A stretch of 59,529 nt of DNA from Nemertoderma westbladi (lineage: Eukaryota; Animalia; Xenacoelomorpha), in NCBI GenBank assembly GCA_032718475.1, contig JAUCBJ010008835.1:1-59529 (forward strand), given 5' to 3'. The notes under the pieces were generated by a model that worked only from the letters and a program-made list of their open reading frames with translations, had not been told where the DNA came from and made no database searches. The position numbers and the translations under genes were made by a program. Shown here in pieces: positions 47,519 through 57,646 of this stretch (the first letter of the stretch is position 1; each line of letters starts with the position of its first letter).

Positions 47519-49382
47519 ATTCCTTAGCTAAATACTCCCTTTGTATGTCGCGCTCTACCGAGTCTTGTTTAACTTCTTTATTGAAGCTATCATTATCTAC
47601 TGTACAATATAATGCAATTTTCTGATTGCGATATATTGTAACCGGGTAGTTATTCGGATTTAATAACTGCACTGGGACCTTACCTGATCCGTCCAATGGG
47701 TTAGAAACTACACTTCGCGCAGTTAGATACGAACCCCTTGATTTTACTAACGGCTCTATCATTACCGACTCTGCTAATAATCCATTATCATACAATTTCC
47801 CTGCCAGTCTCACCTGTGTCCCTGCTGGGATCGTAGTCTTATCTATCGCAGAAACAAAACAACAAAAAGGGTTTGTACTCTTACCGATACCAGCGTTGCT
47901 GGGCGTGTTTAACCTCGCAAAGTACACTCTTTCCTGGTTGGTTAGAACCAAACAACTGTCTAGAAAATCTATGGACGCACAAGCAATACTTACGAAATCT
48001 AACCCTAACAGAAACGGGGGAATCCCAACACAAGATAAGTCTGCTACGTGGACCTCGAGGGAAACTGAAAAATTGCTTGTAACTGATATTTGTAAAGTAG
48101 CCAATCCCATAGGTTTAACCTGTCCCCCTATACCGCTAATAGGTGGTAAAGCAAGGGCACGCAACTGCACACCGGATGGGAGTTTCCTAACATCTATCAG
48201 GGAATAATGTGAGCCACTATCTAAAAATGCTTCACCATCCTCGTTTTCGATTCTTACTGGAAAATGCATGTCTAGTTTATTGGACACTACAGCTGTGTAC
48301 ATTGAAGCTGGATTGGGATTTAAATCCCGGTTTGTGTTAGGATTGGGATTAGGGTTAAAATTAGGGTTAGGGTTGTAAGTAGGGTTAGGGTTGTAATTCG
48401 GGTTAGAGTATTGCCTGTTAGGATTTGAGTTGGTATTCGTACATGGTCTAGTGCAATTTCGGCTATAATGTCCCGGTTCCCCACAGTTGTAGCAAGTAAC
48501 CGAACTGTTGCTACTGTAGTTATTAGATCGTGGTGTAAACCCTCTGTTACTGCTGTCCCGTGAGTTGCCCGTACCGCTAGTACCAGTCCACCTTGCGTTG
48601 GGGTCAAACCAGTTATTCTGTCCCCGACCGTGATTATCGCGGCTATAATTATTATTGTAATTGGCGCGTGGGTAGCTACTGGTATTTGGTGTCTGATTGT
48701 ACAGTTTCAGTTGTAAGTCCTTCAGTTGTCTTTCTAGATAACTCATATCAGTCTGTTTTGGGGACTGTTCTGAAAAACTAACCTTGCTGTATGAAGTTTG
48801 TCTGGGACTGGGAGGCGGTTCCCTGGGCCTATTACTCTGGTCCCTACGATCGCCCAATTCACAGCCAAATATACCATTATTTTCCTGTCTTAAATAAAGT
48901 TCCTCGCGCCTAGCACGGTGAACTGCCTCCCCAAAATTGCGCGGTTCTGTTAACCGTATACTTCTCGCTAATTCAGGGGATATCCCTCTATAAAATATTG
49001 GCAAAAGTAAAAGTTTCCGTTGCTCAGTGCTCATTCCCGGAAAAGCTTGTACCCCTAAACTAGTTATAATATCGGAAAATTCAGAAATAGTTTCCCCCAC
49101 CTTCTGTTTACGATCTAGTAATTCATTGTACACAAAACTAGTATCCTGGGGGCAAAAACGGGCACGTAAAATATCACAAATTGCATCATAGTTTTCCTGT
49201 TCATGTTCAGCCAGTTCATCAAGGACACGTGCAGCCCTACCGGTTAAATAAACAGGCACAATCTTACCGAGAGCGTCGTTCTTCCACCCCCTGAGTCTGG
49301 CGATCCGTTGCACCGATCTGTTCCACGCCTCGAAATCACCAGAACCATCAAAGCAGTCCGGTTCCTTGCGGATGCTTTCCAC
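47433..49382 (-). CDS. gag: Gypsy Gag + aspartic protease; true start probably ATG 49968 via a frameshift and 39-bp repeats at ~49385-49720
   Basis: PDCFDGSGDFEAW capsid-like start, CYNCGEPGHYSRNC knuckle, AFLDSGSHYSLI protease site. Confidence 0.9.
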   Translation of the reverse strand: MESIRKEPDCFDGSGDFEAWNRSVQRIARLRGWKNDALGKIVPVYLTGRAARVLDELAEHEQENYDAICDILRARFCPQDTSFVYNELLDRKQKVGETISEFSDIITSLGVQAFPGMSTEQRKLLLLPIFYRGISPELARSIRLTEPRNFGEAVHRARREELYLRQENNGIFGCELGDRRDQSNRPREPPPSPRQTSYSKVSFSEQSPKQTDMSYLERQLKDLQLKLYNQTPNTSSYPRANYNNNYSRDNHGRGQNNWFDPNARWTGTSGTGNSRDSSNRGFTPRSNNYSSNSSVTCYNCGEPGHYSRNCTRPCTNTNSNPNRQYSNPNYNPNPTYNPNPNFNPNPNPNTNRDLNPNPASMYTAVVSNKLDMHFPVRIENEDGEAFLDSGSHYSLIDVRKLPSGVQLRALALPPISGIGGQVKPMGLATLQISVTSNFSVSLEVHVADLSCVGIPPFLLGLDFVSIACASIDFLDSCLVLTNQERVYFARLNTPSNAGIGKSTNPFCCFVSAIDKTTIPAGTQVRLAGKLYDNGLLAESVMIEPLVKSRGSYLTARSVVSNPLDGSGKVPVQLLNPNNYPVTIYRNQKIALYCTVDNDSFNKEVKQDSVERDIQREYLAKEFGASAEDPVNRYCYSTCCGVFLWRLRYR

Positions 49383-50137
49383 TGTCGGATCTCGTCGTCG
49401 AGTAGTCGGCGGAGCAACTGTTGGAGAATCTCGTCGTCGAGTAGTCGGCGGAGCAACCGTCAGAGAATCCCGTCGTCTAGTAGTCGGCGGAGCAACCGTT
49501 GGAGAATCTCGTCGTCGAGTAGTCGGCGGAACAACCGTCAGAGAATCCCGTCGTCTAGTAGTCGGCGGAGCAACCGTTGGAGAATCTCGTCGAGTAGTCG
49601 GCGGAGCAACTGTTGGAGAATCTCATCGTCGAGTAGTCGGCGGAGCAACTGTTGGAGAATCCCGTCGTCGAGTAGTCGGCGGAGCAACCGTTGGAGAATC
49701 TCGTCGTCGAGTAGTCGGCGCTCGGCGGCCCTGAAATTGATCGGTTCAAGGGTCCCCGTTGCTGTCGCGATCCGTGTAACGAGGGCGAGAGAGAACCGCG
49801 ACGCAACTTTGAAACAGCTCCCGATGACTTGTAGAGGAACGAATGTTCGTCCGTGCTGTCTGGATGAGGAGAACCAGAAGCGGAACGCAGTTTTTGCCGA
49901 TAGGAAGGCTTACCCGTGGGAAAGTTAACGCTTCCAGCTTGTTTGCGCTCGGGTCGACGCGCAGGCATACAGTGGAATAATCGTCAGAGACCCGCCACCC
50001 ACAGTCTGACTGCCTGATGCAGTGATGGGTACAGTAGTTGGTCGTGGTAGCGATAGCCTCGTAGGCCAGACAGAGTTAGAGTACCTGTTGCCGGTAGCGG
50101 GTAGCGCGGTAGGCCTGTCAGACTGTCAGTTTCTCTT

Positions 50138-50155
50138 CTCCCGGACAAGCCCCCA
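50138..50155 (-). promoter_or_regulatory. Primer-binding site, tRNA-Pro
   Basis: TGGGGGCTTGTCCGGGAG immediately after the 5' LTR; canonical tRNA-Pro PBS is TGGGGGCTCGTCCGGGAT. Confidence 0.9.
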
Positions 50156-50572
50156 TGTGGAAGCGCTATCGGCGCCCGGTCCCGGATCCACGGCCACGCA
50201 CTATCCCGCTCGAGGGGTGAGCTGGAGAAGACTGAAGTAAAACTAGGAAACCAGCTGCAGTATATCAGTATATTGTGTATTGAGATACATGAATAACAAA
50301 TAATGATGTGATACAATCAGACAATGAAACTAATAACGAACTACCTACAAAACATGACTGACAACCCTACACCGGTAAGTCATCTCAATAACTAAACTGA
50401 ATGATAACTACTGACTGCGCCCTGCCCCCAGGACTATATCCCTGACAGCTACCGTACAACCAGCTGTTCACACCCTAGGTGCTAAGAAGATACTACTATA
50501 TCATACCTACCTAACCTATACAATACATACTAATCAGTCCAATTATACACCATCCCATAATACAATATCACA
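50156..50572 (-). repeat. Gypsy 5' LTR
   Basis: Direct repeat of 31889-32306. Confidence 0.95.
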
Positions 50573-50576
50573 ATTA

Positions 50577-50985
50577 TGCTTATGTCAGTACTATACACAG
50601 ATAGAGAATTAGGCTTACCTGTATATTTATCAGAAATTAGTTTTCATTTCCAGCTTGTACTTTAGGCCTAGGCCTACTTAATATAGAAGCAATAGGATAC
50701 TGATCAGGAATTTTCCTAGGAAAAAATGCCTCCCCTCAGGAAATGCACAACTGAACCCAGCCAAGGAAAGAGACCGCATACCAACACCAACCATTACTTT
50801 GGGGACCGTTATATGAAACACTTTTATATATCGCGCCAATACCAACCTATGTAGAAAGTTTAAAAAAAAACATGAAACACAGTTTAATTAAGCCATTCGT
50901 TAATAAAATTGATTGTCCCGGATTCTCTCTTTAAAACATCTGACTGTCTGATATTTAATTGAAACATCTGATTAGTTTGGAACAT
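50577..50985. repeat. Distal part of the right arm of the long inverted repeat
   Basis: Reverse complement of ~30207-30621. Confidence 0.9.
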
Positions 50986-52301
50986 TGTTCGCGCTTTTAA
51001 GACCTTTGGCAGTTTAACCCGCCAAATCTATATGTCTTCTAGGTTATAAATCGACTTTAGCCTATGACAAGTATTTGACACAAATAAATCCAACATTAGC
51101 CGAAGCCAGTCTATGCGCGACCATTCACCCGCTGGATATACCCGGGAGACTGGATTCGGATGCTTTAATTTGATTGCGGTGCAGGCCTACCGTACTATTC
51201 GATTGATCGTTAATATAATTCCTGACAAATATCATTCACTTTCGGGAAATATTAGCAGTTCCTTTAGGACGTGGCGCTCTATCTATATAAACAGAGCTAT
51301 GGCTTACACTAAACACAACGGAATGGATTATAAGTTACACATAAGGCGCATTCTTTAGGAGATGCTTTGTTACGCGGACAAGCACATACAGACTATTGCA
51401 CACCGCTGCACACTGAATTGCCGATAGTCACTGATTTTAATCATATATAAAGAGAATAGCAACCGACATTTGTAGGGCCTATAAAATAGCATTCAATTCA
51501 CTACAAACCACAATAATATAAGTCGCAATTGCTATATGTAACCGGTCTCTCTAACCTTAGTGTATCAAGAAGATCGGGGTTTCTGATCGTTTATCGTTAT
51601 TCTCCAAATAACAATATGTAAACAACTGATACAATTAATAACAAACAGTAAATAGCAGTAAATAATGTGCAATACAGCAGTAGGTACCGTACCGTACCGT
51701 ACCGTACCGTACCGTACCGTACCGTACCGTACCGTACCGTACCGTACCGTACCGTACCGTACCGTACCGTACCGTACCGTACCGTACCGTACCGTACCGT
51801 ACCGTACCGTACCGTACCGTACCGTACCGTACCGTACCGGTCCACTGCGCTGCCGTGCCGGTAACAGTTATGTGTTCTTATAATTAAAGCCGTTCTAATG
51901 TTGGAATAAAACAGAATAATTCCATAGCCGATATTCATGGCATCAGGAAAACCAATACACTGAACCCTGTGAGCTGTTGCAGGTAGCTTTCAACACAAAG
52001 AGGAAAAGCTCTCATTGGCAGAGTTCCATATTCCACAGATTCCACGAATGTCTAAATGCCGAACTATTCGGATTTTTGCAGCCCTTAGCCAACACACAGG
52101 ATGAATCACTCTGCTTGGTTGACCTTGCTCTGGTTGGTTGATCGAACAGAACAAAGAGGCCATACGTACAGCAAATCAGCCAATCAGCCGGTAGCTTGCA
52201 TCATTTGAGTTAGGGAGTTTTTCTTTAGAGTATTTGAGCGCATTGAGGGAAACTGGATTGCGAAGCAAAAGGGCCAGTTATATCCCACAAAAGCTTTTAC
52301 A
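50986..52301 (-). repeat. Candidate 3' LTR of the second BEL element
   Basis: Plus strand TGTT...TACA; starts exactly where the inverted arm breaks; purine-rich TGGGAGCGG precedes TGTAAAAG on the minus strand. The partner LTR is not in the window. Confidence 0.5.
51684..51838. repeat. (GTACC)n microsatellite, ~31 copies
   Basis: Perfect pentamer run. Confidence 0.98.
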
Positions 52302-52772
52302 CCGCTCCCAGAAAATGGGATTTAATTCTATAAAATATAAAAAATCACAGTTTCTAAAATATAAAAATACTCTAAACAGTTAGTCTTTCTTGCGTGGACG
52401 GCGTTTACGCAGTTTTTTAAAGCTAGCAAGAGTCCTTTTCTCTTTGGGGGGAGCCACTTTACTAGGAGGGCTATAACTCCTGGGTGAAAGGTGCAATATG
52501 ATTGCATCAGAAGGTGTAGGATTATGGTCGGGGTATCCGCCGTTTCGATATGCTTCTCCTCGAGCTGATTTTCTTCCGCTCGTAGCTGGATACGTTCATC
52601 CAAAAACTCTCGCAGAGAATAGGGTCGTCCAAGTTCGATAACTTCTTAGAGATTCTGGATTTCCCGATCGAACTGAGATAAAGTTACTTTGTTTACCGCT
52701 TGGACTTGCTAGTGCAATTTACATTTATCTGAACAAGCGTAAGTTCCTTTTCTGATCTTTGTAGAATAGCGT

Positions 52773-53902
52773 CTAACTCATTTGGTACAACGCTCTCCGC
52801 CACTTTGGTGACAGGTTATATCGTGTTAAGCCGGGACGATGGTAAGGGTTAAACGGCGATATTAAATGTCCGCGTCCCAATCCGGCTAGGTAGGATGGGC
52901 TAATAGCTAGGAAGCCCACAACCAGGGTGCCACCGACTAATTGTTCAGGTAACACTAGATCTTTGAACAGTGAGAACAGCTCGGGAGGATCCGTCATACT
53001 AATAGGATCAAGAGTCTGAGGTCTCACTAGGGAATGAGGAGGTCTGATCGAGTATTCCGAAACTCTGATCATTGGTTTATTTAAGGATCGTCTGAGTCGA
53101 ACGAGCGTAGGTGATACGTCAAACAAATTTTGCTCGAAACTCCCGCAAGTATAGCGAGTAAAACCGTGTTTAGTGCAACGTCTCCGCGGATGTTTAGGTC
53201 TTTCCGTTTGTTGGTTGGGTCTAGGGCATTCATCGCAATAATACCAAAGATGCACGTCTTGTAGGGGAAACGCGAGTGATCTTTCTCCAGTTTACAATAT
53301 TCCTCCATCTGTTCGAAGCTATCCGGTGCAACAGGTAGCGGTCGATCAGCGGTAAGATACATCATAGTGGAATAGAGCCGTTTGAGTTCTACCATGCGGT
53401 CATGATGTATACCTTGAAGATATCGAGTTTCTAGATTCTGTTGACTGGTAATATTGAGATATGTTTCTCTCAAGAATTCCAGATATTCTTTGAAGTCGCT
53501 GCGTTTATCCGGTTCTTCAACATCTTCACTTTCGAGTCGGTTTCGAATAGAATTTTCGTGTTCGAATCTCAGTTTATCGTTCCGCTTCCGCTGGGTAAGA
53601 TATTTAAATAAAACCATTTCCCTTTCGGTGTCTATATCGTTCGTATCGTGTAGGTCGATAGGATGACCAGTAGTTAAGAAGTCCATATACGTACCATTAC
53701 GATGCGTATAGCGAGCGGTGAATTTTCTATAGTCCAATTCATGCGTAAGTTGTTCCTGGGACATTGGCGGTTCGATATAACGACCTTCGTCCTCCGTAGT
53801 AGTTGGACCAGCATCGCCGCGTATCAAGCTATCAACAAACGCTTGTAAAGGTAGAGTATATTGCTCCCTGATACCAAGATCATCTTCTATCAACTCAATC
53901 AT
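52773..53902 (-). CDS. Extra 3' ORF of the second BEL element (two overlapping frames, probably one ~375-aa protein)
   Basis: ORFs 53081-53902 and 52773-53255 can be joined at TTTCCCC near 53265; C-terminal YCDEC...CTKH...C motif; no recognised family. Confidence 0.55.
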
Positions 53903-55543
53903 ATCTGCTATATAAGTTTATCCATATTATAATGAGTTTATATTTAGGCGAGCGGGCGTCGCTGCCTACCCCTCTCTGCCCCCGGACAGTGCGAGATCCT
54001 CAGCGCTGGTGTACTTTCGCCGATGTGCCTATCGCCAACGTCATAGCTGCACAACGACTACAACAACCAGCACGAGTCACTCCACCGTCCGTCCCAAAGG
54101 CTTAGATATACTTCAGGTTCTTACTGGAGAGTTAGGGCTACTTTCACAATTGCGACTCGCTACTGTAAACACACCTTAGTAGTAACATTCACCTACAAAC
54201 GCACAAATTCCACGTATCTGTCACAAATGGCACACATTCTATCACACATTCGGGTCATTTGTCCGTTAGTCAAGTGCCTTCCAGAATGTCACGTTGTTAT
54301 TATGTATCCTTGGATACTAGCGGTGTGCTATTTATTCCGTATGCTATTCAATGAGCAAGCTTTTTATTGTTCTGTTAACTCGCTTCTAATTCTAGCGTGG
54401 TTGTTGCTATGGTGACATTATGGAAAGCTAGCGGTAGAATTAGGGTAATTCCCATGCATACAGATCTGGGATGCTATTTAATAGTAAGTCTTTAATGGTC
54501 AATATCATCTTTATATATGATTTTATGAATTTTATCGGCTATTGACTCTATATTGGAGATTCTCGCACACTAATACACTTAATAGGTGAATCTCCGCTCC
54601 CATGATCTATTAATTAATGGAATTTTGGGAATATTATAAATTGTATAAAATAACAATTTATCAAATTCATTAAAAGATGAATTTAAATTTATTCCCGTAA
54701 TTTTATTATTTAATATTAAATAGACACAATTTTATTCCAGAACAAGTCTGGGGACTGGGATCCTTGATTCTAGGGATTTGTCCTTTTAAGAGTATCGGTA
54801 AGTGCTACGATATCTTAATCGACTAGAATTTTAAAGGATCTGAAATTTGACAGGATTTTGTAAATATTAATAATTAATATTTAGGATGGGCACCAGTTTA
54901 TTCCAGAACTTGTCTGGGGACGTTAACCACTGATTCTAGAATTTTGTCTTTCAAGTATATCGGTGGGTGCCGCGATATCTTAATCGACTAGAATTGCAGA
55001 TGGTCAAAGGGTTTAACAGATTTATTTTGCGTTTTACGCTACTGTTAAAGGGACATCACGCTACTATATGTATTATTTAATATACGGTATGAGAGCAATA
55101 TCGCACGAAGCAATTTCAGTGTGAAGAGGCAAGTCGTTTCCAAGGTCTACCCAGAGCTTGGTTTAGCCGAGACACGAGGATCTGAACTTTGCATTCCTAA
55201 TACTCTGCCTACCAATAATACTTGAATATAGTAGGAGCTTTATTGTACTTTAATAAGTACGGATATTTCATCTTACTGTAGTTACGTATTTATAATATGA
55301 TACGGACAGTAAGGAAAGAGAAAAAAAATTATTTCTCGCCGTCGCACGAAATATATAATATATAAGTAATTAAGTAATAAACACTAATATATTGCACTAA
55401 TCTACTAAATAATCGCTAAATAACATTTGACTAAATAAAATTAAAGAAAACGATTATAATAAAATTACATAATAATACATACATAATATAAAATAATAAA
55501 ATAAATATAAAATAATATAGTCACACACCCACTCCGTATGTTG

Positions 55544-57646
55544 TTACGTTATGGAGTCCCTAGATATTTGTTGGATTAGGGAGGTGGTCGTGGGAAGAGT
55601 ATCTTGCCTTCCATAGTTTCCGGACAGTTTTCGGTCTCTTTCCAGTAAACATAAACGACCAGCTGGGCGATTGAGTGGTTGTGTTACTTTCTCCGCTCCC
55701 TTGGCCTGTCTAATCTCAGCCGGGTTAAGGTGGGGAGGCCATTCATCTTCTTTACTTAGGAAGTCGGGTTCACCTAACCAGTCTGGAGTATCTGTCAGTT
55801 CTTGAGGAGTTGCTCCTCTGGAGGCGATGTCGGCTAGATTAATCGTCTCGGGGCAATGTCTCCATTGATCTACATTGGAGTTGATGTCGTCATTATCTGC
55901 GGAGTATGGTCTTCCCTCAGTTGGATCGTCTAACTCACTGCTCTCATCTTCCCATTCTCTTACTCGATATACCTGATCTTTCGGTAATCTTTCCATGAGA
56001 GTTCTACGGGAAGGGCCAGTAAAGTACCAACCCACTCTAGTTCTTCCCGCATAAGCTTGTAGTGGTTGCGGTTGAGCAGGCCGTTTCTCCAATGTCTCGA
56101 GCGCTTCATGCGCATTTTGACCGATGAGTATTTGGACTCCAGGGTAATCGGTGTTGAATCTAGGTATTTCAAGCTGCTGGGTGAAATCGTCCTCATCCCA
56201 GTTATAAGGTTCCACTTGGCTGGTAGCGAAGTTCTTTATCGCTACCATTTTTACTGACCTTATGCTGTGTTCTCCTAGTTCATCCTGGGGGGTGGACAAC
56301 GCGCCTACATAATAATCCGCTATTACAGTAGATTTCCAAACCTGCATAATTCCTGACATGTTTAGCTTAGTTCGGAACTTGGGTTGTCCAGCAAAGATGT
56401 CTTCGGCTAGTTCTTTGTCGATGAATGTTCCTGTGCTACCGGAGTCAAGGAGGGCGTTCACTATATAACTCCTTTTAGGTCCGTGGACCCTTAACTGTAC
56501 TACAGGAAATTCTCGGATTCCTACATTGGAAGTTGGCGCTTTCCAAGATGGTTGTCGATCAGATGTAGTTAGGGGGAGCTCACTGTCGGTTTCCTTCTCA
56601 TATGTAAGTGCTCGATACACTGCGGTATTTATTAAGTAACAGGATTCGTTTTCGTCTGAGAATTCGTCCGTATAGAATCCTTCCATTTCAGAACTTTGGT
56701 CTGAGAATTCGTCCGTATAGAATCCTTCCATCTCAGAACTTTGGTCAGTGTCGTTCACATCACTGAATTGGACATGTAGTTCGGACTCACTTACCTGACT
56801 CGGGCTGTTTCTTTCGAATTCGGTGTGCAACAAAATATGATGTTTCGCGCCGCACTTCGCACACCTTGCGTCGGAGTAACAGGTTCGCCGTTGGTGTCCT
56901 CGTCTGAGACAATTATAACACAACCGCTTATCCCACATGACTTCACGTCTATCCTTTAATGATTTCTTTAGGAATTCATTACACACATTTAAACGGTGGG
57001 GCCCGTCGCACCACACACATTTGGGCTTGATGTTACTTACTTTAACATGTGCTGTGTGGTGCACGCTCGTTCTTTCCTCGGGATTTCTTACATGAATTCT
57101 CTTAGGAGACGTAGGAGGAGTTTTTCTTACCTGTTCTCTCCTGTCATTGGTTCGAGACTTGAATTTACTTACGTCCTTTAGGGTTTTATTGTCATAGTAA
57201 GATCTTTCAGTGTCTTTCCCGCCGTCTTCTTCTTGAGAAGCCTGGCTTTCGCCCTCGTCGGTATAACACACTGGTATTATTTTTCTCCTAGAAACGGGTT
57301 TTTCACTCACCTTGTTCTCCAGGGTCTTCTCTCGGGACTGCTTTAGGAGCTGTAATTTTACCTCTCCATCCAAGAATGACATGAGATCAGCCATGGTAGG
57401 GTCTCGTCGTTGTTGTTCCATCATATATAACACTTTCTTGTCCCAGCGTGTACCTACTCCACCCTTTGGCAGAGTTGATGCTAAGGCTCCTACAACCATA
57501 GAATCCTGGTATTCACGAGACTTACCTAACCAATCTAGCTGTCTACAGATCTCCTGAATCTCGTCGGAAAACTTTATAATCCCGCTGCTAAGAAACTTTC
57601 GGGGCGCCATTAATTTTGCATACAAATACCTAGCTATGTTATTCCT
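55544..57646 (-). CDS. gag: BEL/Pao Gag C-part + protease + RNase H and integrase tail relics
   Basis: Triple finger CVWCDGPHRLNVC / CYNCLRRGHQRRTC / CAKCGAKHHILLH; ALLDSGSTGTFI; ILIGQN...TRVGWYFTGP; QWRHCPETINLADIASRG; RPAGRLCLLE. Confidence 0.9.
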   Translation of the reverse strand, partial: RNNIARYLYAKLMAPRKFLSSGIIKFSDEIQEICRQLDWLGKSREYQDSMVVGALASTLPKGGVGTRWDKKVLYMMEQQRRDPTMADLMSFLDGEVKLQLLKQSREKTLENKVSEKPVSRRKIIPVCYTDEGESQASQEEDGGKDTERSYYDNKTLKDVSKFKSRTNDRREQVRKTPPTSPKRIHVRNPEERTSVHHTAHVKVSNIKPKCVWCDGPHRLNVCNEFLKKSLKDRREVMWDKRLCYNCLRRGHQRRTCYSDARCAKCGAKHHILLHTEFERNSPSQVSESELHVQFSDVNDTDQSSEMEGFYTDEFSDQSSEMEGFYTDEFSDENESCYLINTAVYRALTYEKETDSELPLTTSDRQPSWKAPTSNVGIREFPVVQLRVHGPKRSYIVNALLDSGSTGTFIDKELAEDIFAGQPKFRTKLNMSGIMQVWKSTVIADYYVGALSTPQDELGEHSIRSVKMVAIKNFATSQVEPYNWDEDDFTQQLEIPRFNTDYPGVQILIGQNAHEALETLEKRPAQPQPLQAYAGRTRVGWYFTGPSRRTLMERLPKDQVYRVREWEDESSELDDPTEGRPYSADNDDINSNVDQWRHCPETINLADIASRGATPQELTDTPDWLGEPDFLSKEDEWPPHLNPAEIRQAKGAEKVTQPLNRPAGRLCLLERDRKLSGNYGRQDTLPTTTSLIQQISRDSIT

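Larger units (their letters stand above)
31889..50572 (-). mobile_element. Full-length Ty3/Gypsy LTR retrotransposon, interrupted by a nested LTR element at 33705-45022
   Basis: TG...CA LTRs 31889-32306 and 50156-50572 (about 2 differences by eye); 4-bp TSD ATTA; PBS, PPT; domain order gag-PR-RT-RH-IN. Confidence 0.97.
50986..57646 (-). mobile_element. Second BEL/Pao-derived non-autonomous element (3' portion; 5' part beyond the LINE and window end)
   Basis: BEL Gag-PR ORF with pol collapsed in frame, extra 3' ORF, candidate PPT and LTR. Confidence 0.75.

Noticed and set aside
47433-47525. Programmed gag/pol frameshift
   Set aside because: The break lies between PR and RT with no canonical slippery site; more likely a small deletion or assembly error.
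48320-48420. Telomere-like (TTAGGG) stretch
   Set aside because: Antisense of the Asn-Pro repeat inside the Gypsy gag frame.
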